The notes below the pieces were generated by a model, which was not told where the DNA came from, did not search any database, and saw only the letters and a list, made by a program, of their open reading frames with translations. The position numbers and the translations under genes are program-made. Below, piece after piece: positions 1-7,838 of a DNA stretch of 32,000 nt. The stretch is from Paenibacillus montaniterrae. Its GTDB lineage: Bacteria > Bacillota > Bacilli > Paenibacillales > Paenibacillaceae. The stretch lies in NCBI RefSeq assembly GCF_018403185.1, contig NZ_BOSE01000012.1, forward strand, positions 94,194-126,193. Reading direction: 5' to 3'. Every line of letters begins with the position of its first letter. Position 1 is the first letter of the stretch.

Positions 1-243
1 GTGACGGGTATAAACAAAGGCTATCAAAATCAAATGGAATACCGCCAGTACAACCAAAAATCTTCTAAAAAAGATGAGGTGCAAATTTCTCAAGCGGCGC
101 AAGAGCTGCTTGAAAGCAGCCGTGCAGAGGGTTCAGAGCGTGCTGAGCAAATCAAGGCGCTTAAGCAAGCGGTGCAAACAGGCACCTATCATGTTGAGGC
201 TGGCAAGCTGGCGGAGAAGCTGCTGCCGTTTTTCAAATCATAA
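1..243 (+). CDS. flgM: Anti-sigma-28 (sigma-D) factor FlgM; N-terminus may be cut by the window edge
   Basis: 80-codon ORF ending at TAA 241-243. The C-terminal helical segment IKALKQAVQTGTYHVEAGKLAEKLL matches the FlgM C-terminal sigma-binding region. It sits directly upstream of flgN-flgK-flgL, as in Bacillus. The window begins at a GTG, so the true start is uncertain. Confidence 0.75.
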   Translation: MTGINKGYQNQMEYRQYNQKSSKKDEVQISQAAQELLESSRAEGSERAEQIKALKQAVQTGTYHVEAGKLAEKLLPFFKS

Positions 244-261
244 CGTAGTGGAGGCTTATAG

Positions 262-771
262 ATGGAACAGTCCACTTTTTCTTTACTTATTGGGCAGCTA
301 AAGCAATTGCTGCTCATCTATCGCGCATTGTTTACGCTGGCGGATGAAAAAAAGCAAGCCATCATCCAAAATCATATTGAGTTAATCAATATGATTACGA
401 TGAAGGAAACGAAAGCGATGAAGCCTGTTCCAGAGCTGGAAAGCAGCACTCGCTCCTTTCTAACGAAGCTGCAGCGGGAGCTTGGATTTAGGCCAAAGCT
501 GAAGATGACGCTATCCGAAATGGTCCAGCTGCTTACAGATCCTCAGCAGAAGCTTGAGCTTTCGCAACTGCAGGCTGATTTGGCGCAAGTTTCGGATAAA
601 CTGAAGCAAGCGAACGAGCATAATCAACAGCTTATTCAATTGTCGCTAGAGTATGTCAACTTCTCGCTTGATGTTATGTGTGGACCGCCTGAGGATGAAG
701 TGACCTACAAGCGGCCGACTTTAAGCAATGATGTACAGAAAAGAACGGGAATCTACGATCGAAGATTGTAA
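262..771 (+). CDS. flgN: FlgN-family flagellar export chaperone (for FlgK/FlgL)
   Basis: 169-aa helical, Q/L-rich ORF with RBS GGAGG 7 nt upstream. It lies between flgM and flgK. The call rests mainly on synteny and composition. Confidence 0.65.
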   Translation: MEQSTFSLLIGQLKQLLLIYRALFTLADEKKQAIIQNHIELINMITMKETKAMKPVPELESSTRSFLTKLQRELGFRPKLKMTLSEMVQLLTDPQQKLELSQLQADLAQVSDKLKQANEHNQQLIQLSLEYVNFSLDVMCGPPEDEVTYKRPTLSNDVQKRTGIYDRRL

Positions 772-841
772 TCGATCCTCTGGTGCAACAAGCTTGGATG
801 AAGTTATCGATGGACTATAAAAGTTTTGAGGAGGGGAAACG

Positions 842-2431
842 ATGGTTTCCACATTTCATGGATTGGAGACGAGCAAGCGCTCGTTATTAACACAATCTAC
901 TGCACTCAACACAGTCGGGCACAATATTTCCAATGCGTCGACAGTAGGATATACCCGGCAGCGCGTCAATCTGACGAATGCAGATCCTGTTTATGCGCCT
1001 GGCTTTAATCGCGTTCATACTCCAGGGCAAATCGGCACAGGTGTTCAGTACAGCAGCATTACTCGCGTGCGCGACAGCTACCTGGACATGCAGTACCGCC
1101 GCGAAAACCAGGATTATGGCTACTATTCCATTTACAACGCGACAATGGAATCGATCCAAACGATTATTAACGAGCCTTCCGATAACGGCGTAAGCGCAGT
1201 AATGGACAAGTTTTGGAACTCGCTTGAAGTATTGAACCGCGATCCTAATTTGCTTAGTGCGCGTGTTGATTTTATAGGAAACGCGAAGAACCTTGCAGAC
1301 ACCTTCAACAAAATTGGCACCTCGCTTAACACACTTGAGAGCGATATTAACAGCAATACAACAATTAAGCTGAATCAGGCCAACAATCTGTTAAACGACA
1401 TCTCAAGCTTGAACGATACGATTCGCAAAATTGAAATGCTTGGCGACAACGCAAATGATTACCGTGATCAGCGTGATGTATTGCTTGATGAGCTGTCCAA
1501 AATTGTCGATGTTCAATATACCGAGGATGTAAACGGCATGGTCAACGTATTCAGCGGCGGAGTACAGGTCATTGCGGGCACTCAAGTAACAGCATTAACA
1601 GCTACGGATGTGCCTAACATTACTGGTGGAGAAATTGCAGGCTATGCCAAATCGTTAGAGGATATTCAACTAGTACGCAATCAGCTCAATGCGCTTGTCG
1701 ATACGTTTATACGTGGAGAAATTGAGATTACAATGCCTAACGGCTACCGTACCTCGAGCGACATGATTGCTGAGAACGACGTGCAGGTAAAGGATGCTGC
1801 AGGCAATATAACGACATATGCAGCGGGAGACACGATTCCTGCAGGCTCCAATATTACGTCCAGCGTGACGTTTAAAGTGAACGGCTTTAATGGCGTGCAC
1901 GAGTTGGGCTATTCTTTAAACAGCCCTGCTGAAACAGGCATTCCTTTCTTTACTTCAAAGGATAATACAGTTCCATTTACAATAGAAAATATTCAGGTTA
2001 ACGCTGAAATTTTGGCAGATACGAATAAGGTAGCCGCATCCGGACAGTACGAGCTGGACGGTACCGATATGAAAACAATTAAAGGAAACAGCGATGTGGC
2101 ACTTGCACTAACCAGCCTGCGCGATGCCAAATTCGTTTATCCGGTTGCTTTGACTTCAATGTCTTCAGGAACAACAGATGACTACTTCCGTGCATTCGTA
2201 AGCGATCTTGGCACACGTGCCGATGTCGCGATTACGAACTATGATCGAAGCGGCAATTTGTTGGACAATGTAGAAATTCGCAGACAGTCAGTTAGTGGTG
2301 TTAGCATAGATGAAGAGCTGACAGATATGATTCGCTTCCAGCATGCCTATAACGCCGCTGCTCGCAGCATGACCGTAGTGGATGAAATGCTGGACCGCAT
2401 TATCAATAGTATGGGAATCGTTGGTCGATAG
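842..2431 (+). CDS. flgK: Flagellar hook-associated protein 1 (hook-filament junction) FlgK
   Basis: 529 aa. The N-terminus MVSTFHGLETSKRSLLTQSTALNTVGHNISNASTVGYTRQRV and the C-terminus EELTDMIRFQHAYNAAARSMTVVDEMLDRIIN are canonical FlgK axial-protein termini. RBS GAGGAGGGG lies upstream. Confidence 0.95.
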   Translation: MVSTFHGLETSKRSLLTQSTALNTVGHNISNASTVGYTRQRVNLTNADPVYAPGFNRVHTPGQIGTGVQYSSITRVRDSYLDMQYRRENQDYGYYSIYNATMESIQTIINEPSDNGVSAVMDKFWNSLEVLNRDPNLLSARVDFIGNAKNLADTFNKIGTSLNTLESDINSNTTIKLNQANNLLNDISSLNDTIRKIEMLGDNANDYRDQRDVLLDELSKIVDVQYTEDVNGMVNVFSGGVQVIAGTQVTALTATDVPNITGGEIAGYAKSLEDIQLVRNQLNALVDTFIRGEIEITMPNGYRTSSDMIAENDVQVKDAAGNITTYAAGDTIPAGSNITSSVTFKVNGFNGVHELGYSLNSPAETGIPFFTSKDNTVPFTIENIQVNAEILADTNKVAASGQYELDGTDMKTIKGNSDVALALTSLRDAKFVYPVALTSMSSGTTDDYFRAFVSDLGTRADVAITNYDRSGNLLDNVEIRRQSVSGVSIDEELTDMIRFQHAYNAAARSMTVVDEMLDRIINSMGIVGR

Positions 2432-2442
2432 GAGGGTAAAGG

Positions 2443-3330
2443 ATGAGAATTACGAGCATGATGCAAAATACGCAGCTGCTTCGCAATATACGCAACAACA
2501 ATTCGGATATTTTGGATTGGCAGAACAAGCTGTCCACGGGACAGAAAATCAGCAAGCCGAGCGACGATCCAGTAGGCATTGGCTATCAAATGCGCTACAC
2601 AACTGAGCTTGCCCGCAACGAGCAGTATTTGGCGAATGCCAAAACAGGCTATGGCTGGTTGAGCCAAACCGATTCCGTGCTGCAGCAGGCGCATGACATT
2701 CTGCAGCGTCTTAATACGATTACGAATCAGGCTGCGAACGGTACGATTACGCCGGATATAAGAGAACAGATCAAACTTGAGGTGCTGCAGCTTCGTGAAC
2801 AGATGATCACGGTCGGTAACAGTACATACGATGGTCGTCATATTTTTAATGGACAAAAAACGGATGTCAAGCCTTACTCGTCCGATGCTGCTAATGACAA
2901 TACCGATATGGGCATCTATTACTTGAATGTTAGCCCATCAGTTACTGTAGAAGTAAGTATTCCTGGTGAGAAGGTGTTTGGTGAAGCGGGAGCAGCGGAT
3001 AATATTTTCAAGCTGTTCGATGATATTGCAGAGCATCTTGAAAATGATGATCAGGCTGCGCTGTCTGGAAGCCTGGGCAATATTGAAGCCGCTGTTGAGC
3101 GAATCTCCTTGAGCCTTTCAGAGGTTGGAGCGCGGATGAACCGTTTTGAGCTGATCGAAAATCGAATTGGCGACGAGAAGGTTAGCCTTACGACATTAAG
3201 ATCCTCCGTCGCAGATGTTGATATGGCGGATGCCATTATTCAACTGCAGCTTCAGCAAAACGTACTGCAAGCCTCATTATCGGTCGGCGCACGAGTGATG
3301 CAGACCTCGTTGCTGGATTATATTCGATAA
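2443..3330 (+). CDS. flgL: Flagellar hook-associated protein 3 FlgL
   Basis: 295 aa. The N-terminus MRITSMMQNTQLLRNIRNN...LSTGQKISKPSDDPVG and the flagellin-like C-terminus VDMADAIIQLQLQQNVLQASL fit FlgL. It follows flgK with RBS AGGAGGG. Confidence 0.93.
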   Translation: MRITSMMQNTQLLRNIRNNNSDILDWQNKLSTGQKISKPSDDPVGIGYQMRYTTELARNEQYLANAKTGYGWLSQTDSVLQQAHDILQRLNTITNQAANGTITPDIREQIKLEVLQLREQMITVGNSTYDGRHIFNGQKTDVKPYSSDAANDNTDMGIYYLNVSPSVTVEVSIPGEKVFGEAGAADNIFKLFDDIAEHLENDDQAALSGSLGNIEAAVERISLSLSEVGARMNRFELIENRIGDEKVSLTTLRSSVADVDMADAIIQLQLQQNVLQASLSVGARVMQTSLLDYIR

Positions 3331-3367
3331 GTGAAATTACTATATTTCAAGATTGGAGAGTTTGACG

Positions 3368-3826
3368 ATGGGTGAGAAAGCCGCGACAAATATCGTAATA
3401 CACAGTCAGTTATACGGAGAGCTCCAGCCAGAACAGCATCAAATTTACGAGTTTCAGCAAGGCATAATCGGTTTCTCTCATCTTAATCAGTTTGCTCTCC
3501 TGCCTTATGAAGATACGCAATTGTTTATTTTGCAATCCTTTCACGAGGAAATCAGCTTACTGCTGCTGCCGGCTGTAATGAGCGGTAATAATGAGGGCTT
3601 CCATGTAGATGAAGCCACAATTGCAGCGCTTGGCGTTGACAAAGCTGATGAAATTGTTGCTTTTTATATTTTACGGTTCATAGATAGCCAGCCTTATGTC
3701 AATTTGAAAGCTCCGATTTTAATCGTGCCGAAAAAACAGAAAGGATGCCAATTTGTCCTAACAGACGATTTAGTAGGCGTTCGCGAGCGCTTAATTTTGG
3801 CAGGTGAGGCAGATGCTCGTACTTAA
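3368..3826 (+). CDS. fliW: Flagellar assembly factor FliW (CsrA antagonist)
   Basis: The FliW-like sequence includes IYEFQQGIIGFSHLNQFALLP and PYVNLKAPILIV. I place the start at ATG 3368, 7 nt after GGAGAG, rather than at the TTG 3353 used in the ORF track. The 3' end overlaps csrA. Confidence 0.9.
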   Translation: MGEKAATNIVIHSQLYGELQPEQHQIYEFQQGIIGFSHLNQFALLPYEDTQLFILQSFHEEISLLLLPAVMSGNNEGFHVDEATIAALGVDKADEIVAFYILRFIDSQPYVNLKAPILIVPKKQKGCQFVLTDDLVGVRERLILAGEADART

Positions 3827-4064
3827 AAGAAAAGTTGGAGAAGTTGTTCGCATAGGCAATGACATTGAGGTGCATGTACTGGCTGTAGAAGGTGACGTAA
3901 TCAAGCTCGGTTTTGAAGCCCCAAAGCAGGTGCAGATTTTACGATCAGAGATATATGAAGCGATTAAGGCTGAAAATATGCAATCATCAATTTCCAACAG
4001 CAAGGACGCGAAGGAATTGATGAAGCAATTGAAGTTAGGGAGTGCTCCACCAAAAGAAGAATAA
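3813..4064 (+). CDS. csrA: Carbon storage regulator CsrA (translational repressor of flagellin)
   Basis: MLVLKRKVGEVVRIGNDIEVHVLAVEGDVIKLGFEAPKQVQILRSEIY is a canonical CsrA core. It carries the C-terminal extension seen in FliW-controlled CsrAs. The start ATG 3813 follows AGGTGAGG and overlaps the fliW stop (3824-3826). Confidence 0.93.
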   Translation: MLVLKRKVGEVVRIGNDIEVHVLAVEGDVIKLGFEAPKQVQILRSEIYEAIKAENMQSSISNSKDAKELMKQLKLGSAPPKEE

Positions 4065-4077
4065 AGGAGGAATTATT

Positions 4078-4452
4078 GTGTTTGATTCAATCAATCGTAT
4101 GGAAGGAACCTCTATTGATTGGACTCAAATGCCTGGCGTCAAAAAGTCAACAGCTCAAGACAACAGTCTTGCTGGAGCGTTTGCTCAAGCTGCACAGACA
4201 CAGGCAAATTCAAGACTTGCTGAGGATAATAAAGAGAAGCTCTATAAAGAGCTGGAGAAGGTAAACAGTCAGTTTCACGCTCTAAATCATTCATTGCGCA
4301 TGAAGTTCAATGAGGACGCAGAGCAATTTTACGTTGAAGTTGTTGATATCCAAACGCGCGAGGTCATCGACAGCATTCCTGCAGAATATGTGCTGGAGCT
4401 GGCTGCGAAGCTTAAAGATATGGTAGGGTTTTTCATCGACGAGAAACGATAG
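4078..4452 (+). CDS. flaG: FlaG family flagellar protein
   Basis: The C-terminal block LRMKFNEDAEQFYVEVVDIQTREVIDSIPAEYVLELAAKLKDMVGFFIDEKR is typical of FlaG. The likely start is GTG 4078, 7 nt after AAGGAGG (4064-4070). The ORF-track start at 4042 lies inside csrA. Confidence 0.85.
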   Translation: MFDSINRMEGTSIDWTQMPGVKKSTAQDNSLAGAFAQAAQTQANSRLAEDNKEKLYKELEKVNSQFHALNHSLRMKFNEDAEQFYVEVVDIQTREVIDSIPAEYVLELAAKLKDMVGFFIDEKR

Positions 4453-4485
4453 AGCATTAGCTATAGAGGAAAAGGAGGAATCAAC

Positions 4486-5943
4486 ATGGGTATTAGTATT
4501 ACAGGGTTGTCCGGGTTCGATACAGCGAAAATGGTTAGTGATTTAATGGAACTGGAGCGAATTCCGTATAAAAACCTGAGCACTAAAAAGACAAATCTTC
4601 AATCAGAGCAGACAGTATTTCGTTCAATCAACACAGCGTTTAGTTCATTGAGCACAGCATTGAATAATCTAAGATATGCAGCGGACTGGAACAAGCTTAA
4701 AGCAACCTCTGATTCAAATGCTGTAAGCGTAAGCTCAACGAATGGCGTAGCTGCAGGTTCTTATACGGTCAATGTACAACAGCTTGCGACTAAAAATGTT
4801 GTCGAGGTAGATTCCAGCTATATTTTATCTAAAGTTGAGGAAGCAGCAAGCTCTGGTCAAGAATTGAAAATTGGCAGTTATACCTTTACTGAAGAGGATT
4901 TGCAATCCATACAGGATGCTGGTGATTCAGAAGCACAGCTTAAAAAATTGGCGAATATCATAAATACCAATACTGCAGCTGAAAATGGCTCTAATGCTAC
5001 GGCTTCTGTTCTTAAAACTTCATCAAGCGGGGACTTTAAGTTAGTTCTTAATTCTAAAACGACAGGTGCTGGAGATAACAATAGTGTTAGCTTCACTTTA
5101 GCTAATAGCAGCATCATTGACCATAACACGACTGATGAGAATGGCAAAATAGCTGTGACGAATAAAGAGGGTAAGGACGCAATCCTTGAAGTAAATGGAG
5201 TCACAGTAACACGCAACAGCAACACCTTTGACGACCTCATTTCTGGAATTACATTTACAGTTAACAGTACAGGCAACTCTAATATTAATGTAGGTCAAGA
5301 CGTAGATAATATCGTAGCTAATGTAAAGAGCTTTGTAACAGCTTATAATAACTTGATTTCAATGGTTCGCAACAATTTGGCAAAGCCTGAAGATGATAGC
5401 AAAATGAATCCACTTCAAGGCGATTCCTTATTGAAGCAAATTGATAGTCAGTTATATTCGTTGTTCAATTCGGTAGTAGATACTTCGGGCGGAAAGGCTT
5501 GGATGGAGCAGGTCGGCTTAAGTATTGATAAAGGCATTACTAAGGGCAGCGAAATGACTGGAAAAATCACATTTGATGAAGAAGCGTTTAAAGAAGCTTT
5601 GGCAAATGATCCACAAAAGGTTATTGAGCTATTTACGAAGCCGCAGCAAGAAGCTGATCCGGATACAGCGACACCTGCAAAACCAGGCGGGATTATTACA
5701 GAACTGACATCAATTATGGGCTACTATAACTCGACTGTGAATGGCATGCTAAATACTAAAATTACAGGCTATGATGCTGAAATTAAAATGATTGATGATC
5801 GAATGGAGCAAATGGAGCGTCGTTTGGAGATGACTGAAGCGCGCTTGAAGCTGCAATTTGGAACGATGGAAACGATGCTGTCAACGCTAAATAGTCAAAA
5901 GGACTGGTTAACTTCCCAGTTTGATGCACTGACCAAGAAGTAA
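4486..5943 (+). CDS. fliD: Flagellar filament cap protein FliD (hook-associated protein 2)
   Basis: 485 aa. The N-terminus MGISITGLSGFDTAKMVSDLMELERIPY and the C-terminal coiled region RLEMTEARLKLQFGTMETMLSTLNSQKDWL fit FliD. RBS AAGGAGG lies upstream. Confidence 0.93.
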   Translation: MGISITGLSGFDTAKMVSDLMELERIPYKNLSTKKTNLQSEQTVFRSINTAFSSLSTALNNLRYAADWNKLKATSDSNAVSVSSTNGVAAGSYTVNVQQLATKNVVEVDSSYILSKVEEAASSGQELKIGSYTFTEEDLQSIQDAGDSEAQLKKLANIINTNTAAENGSNATASVLKTSSSGDFKLVLNSKTTGAGDNNSVSFTLANSSIIDHNTTDENGKIAVTNKEGKDAILEVNGVTVTRNSNTFDDLISGITFTVNSTGNSNINVGQDVDNIVANVKSFVTAYNNLISMVRNNLAKPEDDSKMNPLQGDSLLKQIDSQLYSLFNSVVDTSGGKAWMEQVGLSIDKGITKGSEMTGKITFDEEAFKEALANDPQKVIELFTKPQQEADPDTATPAKPGGIITELTSIMGYYNSTVNGMLNTKITGYDAEIKMIDDRMEQMERRLEMTEARLKLQFGTMETMLSTLNSQKDWLTSQFDALTKK

Positions 5944-5963
5944 TTAAAGGGGATGAAGATTGC

Positions 5964-6356
5964 ATGATCTCAAGTCTTAACGGTTATCAAGCATATCAAA
6001 AAAATAAATATGAGACAGCTTCTCCTCATCGCTTAATTACAATGCTATATGATGGTGCGATTCGCTTTGCCAATCAAGCAATTAAGCATATTGAAAACCA
6101 AAACGTAGCAGAGACGAATCAAGCTATTCAACGCTTTCAGGATATTATTTATGAACTGATGTCATGTCTTAATTTTAATGAGGGCAAAGAGATCGCTACT
6201 AATCTACAGGCTTTATATACCTATGTAATCGAGCTGTCGATACGCAGCAATCTCGAAAAAACAACAGAGCCATTGCATGAAGCTGTTACCATTATTAGCG
6301 AGATTAAATCTTCCTGGGAACAAATCGGGAAGGAAGTGAATATGTCCAATGGCTGA
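5964..6356 (+). CDS. fliS: Flagellin-specific export chaperone FliS
   Basis: 130 aa. YQKNKYETASPHRLITMLYDGAIRFANQA and LQALYTYVIELSIRSNL are the canonical FliS helical bundle. Confidence 0.93.
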   Translation: MISSLNGYQAYQKNKYETASPHRLITMLYDGAIRFANQAIKHIENQNVAETNQAIQRFQDIIYELMSCLNFNEGKEIATNLQALYTYVIELSIRSNLEKTTEPLHEAVTIISEIKSSWEQIGKEVNMSNG

Positions 6357-6747
6357 GGTAGAGGAGCAATTGCTAGATAGCTGTAAAAGGCTTGTTGCCA
6401 TACAGCAAAAACAGCTTCAAATCGCTCAGCTTGAGCGATACGATACACAAATCGACGACATCTATCAGCTGGAAGCGCCTAAGTTAGAGCAGCAGAAAAA
6501 TATCGATTCGATAAGAGTGGCAACTGCAGACTTCACTTTATTATCTTCACATGCAGAAGCAAAGCTGCTGAATAGTATCGAGGAGCTACGCAGCCTAAAC
6601 GATCAGCTGCAATTTATTATTAGTCAATGGTACGATGAAAATTCACGCTCTATGAGGCAGGTCAGTGTACAGCGCAAGACATTGCAATCATATGGCGGCA
6701 TGTACTCTAATGATGTTATTTCCTACTATATCGACAGTAAAAACTAA
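6349..6747 (+). CDS. fliT: Putative FliT-like flagellar chaperone
   Basis: 132-aa helical ORF whose ATG overlaps the fliS stop (ATGGCTGA). It occupies the position of Bacillus fliT. The C-terminal tail QSYGGMYSNDVISYYIDSKN resembles my recollection of the B. subtilis FliT tail. The call rests on synteny and weak similarity only. Confidence 0.5.
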   Translation: MAEVEEQLLDSCKRLVAIQQKQLQIAQLERYDTQIDDIYQLEAPKLEQQKNIDSIRVATADFTLLSSHAEAKLLNSIEELRSLNDQLQFIISQWYDENSRSMRQVSVQRKTLQSYGGMYSNDVISYYIDSKN

Positions 6748-6765
6748 ACTTTTTCAGTTAACTAT

Positions 6766-6793
6766 TAATTATTAGCGGACTGTGTCCGATAAT
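6766..6793 (+). promoter_or_regulatory. Sigma-D (sigma-28) type promoter of flagellin copy 1
   Basis: tCCGATAAT at 6785-6793 matches the -10 consensus GCCGATAT. TAAT at 6766-6769 sits 15 nt upstream, where the -35 consensus is TAAA. This is a consensus match only; no TSS data are available. Confidence 0.6.
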
Positions 6794-6801
6794 AGTAGTG
6801 T

Positions 6802-6843
6802 GACCACAAGGACGTGGCACGAAAAACCTAATCATGGAGGATG
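6802..6843 (+). promoter_or_regulatory. Flagellin-1 5' leader with two CsrA-type binding sites (GGA in a hairpin loop, and GGA over the Shine-Dalgarno)
   Basis: The hairpin has stem CCAC (6804-6807) paired with GTGG (6814-6817) and loop AAGGAC. The SD region CATGGAGGATG lies at 6833-6843. This is the same two-site layout known for the B. subtilis hag leader. Confidence 0.65.
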
Positions 6844-6849
6844 ATAACT

Positions 6850-7671
6850 ATGTTTATTAACACTAACGTTGGTGCGATGAATGCACATCGTAACCTAGCA
6901 TTTAACAACACAAACATGAACAAAACTATGGAAAAGCTATCTTCTGGTTACCGTATTAACCGTGCTGCTGACGATGCAGCAGGTCTAGCGATTTCCGAAA
7001 AAATGCGTTTCCAAATCAATGGTTTGCAACAAGCACAACGAAACGCACAAGATGGTATTTCTTTGATCCAAACTGCTGAGGGTGCACTAACTGAAGTTCA
7101 TGCTATGCTTCAACGTTTGAACACTCTTGCAACACAAGCTGCTAATGGTACATACAATGATGATGAAGACCGTGCTGCGATCCAAAAAGAAGTAGACCAA
7201 TTGCTTCAAGAGATCAGCAACATTGCTGCAAACACAACATTTAATGGTATTTCGTTGTTGTCTTCCAATGTTGGTGGCACATCACTAAACTTCCAAGTAG
7301 GTAGCACGGCTGAGACAACAATTTCAGTTGATCTGGCTAATATGTCAGTAGCAGGTTTAGGGCTGACTGGCCTATCTTTCGGAACTGAAGACGATGCACA
7401 AGATGCAATTCAAACAATCAAAGATGCAATTAATACAGTATCTGAGCAACGCGCAGTATTTGGTGCTGCACAAAACCGCCTTGAGCACACAATCAACAAC
7501 CTTGGCGTAAACGCTGAGAACCTGTCTGCTGCACAATCTCGTATTCGTGATGCAGATATGGCTGCTGAGATGACAAGCTTCACGAAAAACCAAATTCTAG
7601 TACAAGCTGGTACATCTATGCTAGCTCAAGCAAACTCTGTACCACAGAACGTTCTTAAGCTTCTAGGCTAA
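6850..7671 (+). CDS. hag: Flagellin, copy 1 (273 aa, short Bacillus Hag-type)
   Basis: The N-terminal D0/D1 region (MFINTNVGAMNAHRNL...LSSGYRINRAADDAAGLAISEKMR) and the C-terminal D1/D0 region (QNRLEHTINNLGVNAENLSAAQSRIRDADMAAEMTSFTKNQILVQAGTSMLAQANSVPQNVLKLLG) are canonical flagellin. I chose ATG 6850, 9 nt after GGAGG and matching copy 2. ATG 6841 abuts the RBS. Confidence 0.95.
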   Translation: MFINTNVGAMNAHRNLAFNNTNMNKTMEKLSSGYRINRAADDAAGLAISEKMRFQINGLQQAQRNAQDGISLIQTAEGALTEVHAMLQRLNTLATQAANGTYNDDEDRAAIQKEVDQLLQEISNIAANTTFNGISLLSSNVGGTSLNFQVGSTAETTISVDLANMSVAGLGLTGLSFGTEDDAQDAIQTIKDAINTVSEQRAVFGAAQNRLEHTINNLGVNAENLSAAQSRIRDADMAAEMTSFTKNQILVQAGTSMLAQANSVPQNVLKLLG

Positions 7672-7688
7672 TAGATTTATAATGAAAG

Positions 7689-7708
7689 GTCGCCAATGGC
7701 GGCTTTTT
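7689..7708 (+). terminator. Rho-independent terminator after flagellin 1
   Basis: GTCGCC-aat-GGCGGC forms a 6-bp stem with one G-U pair, followed by TTTTT (7704-7708). Confidence 0.7.
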
Positions 7709-7754
7709 CTATATAAATGGAGAAAAAAGATAGTATTAAGTTATGAAAAACTAT

Positions 7755-7782
7755 TCATTATTAGCCAATGAGTTCCGATAAT
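7755..7782 (+). promoter_or_regulatory. Sigma-D type promoter of flagellin copy 2
   Basis: tCCGATAAT lies at 7774-7782. The position equivalent to the copy-1 -35 reads TCAT, a weaker match. The segment aligns without gaps to the copy-1 promoter. Confidence 0.55.
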
Positions 7783-7790
7783 AATTATGT

Positions 7791-7831
7791 GGCCACAAGG
7801 ACGTGGCGCGAATAACCAATCATGGAGGATG
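7791..7831 (+). promoter_or_regulatory. Flagellin-2 5' leader with two CsrA-type binding sites
   Basis: The hairpin has stem GCCAC (7792-7796) paired with GTGGC (7803-7807) and loop AAGGAC. The SD region CATGGAGGATG lies at 7821-7831. Confidence 0.65.
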
Positions 7832-7838
7832 ATCAATT

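Noticed and set aside
74-301. 75-aa + strand ORF in an alternative frame over flgM and flgN
   Set aside because: It overlaps two syntenic flagellar genes out of frame, and its Arg/Lys/Cys-rich sequence has no homology signal.
2347-2856. 169-aa minus-strand ORF overlapping the flgK end and the flgL start
   Set aside because: It is entirely antisense to two genes with strong flagellar homology. It has no RBS or recognisable motif and an odd Cys/Arg-rich composition. It is a shadow ORF.
3353-3367. N-terminal extensions in the ORF track (starts at 3353, 3804, 4042, 6841, 8741, 11019, 14470, 16629, 19726, 25015, 26720 and 31456)
   Set aside because: In each case an internal ATG, GTG or TTG lies 5-10 nt after a GGAGG-like RBS and matches the family N-terminus. 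The longest-ORF start overlaps the upstream gene or abuts the RBS. The trimmed starts are still predictions.
7372-7593. Minus-strand 73-aa ORF inside flagellin 1, with a twin of 78 aa at 8337-8573 inside flagellin 2
   Set aside because: The pair exists only because the flagellin 3' ends are duplicated. Both are antisense to highly conserved flagellin coding sequence and have no start context.
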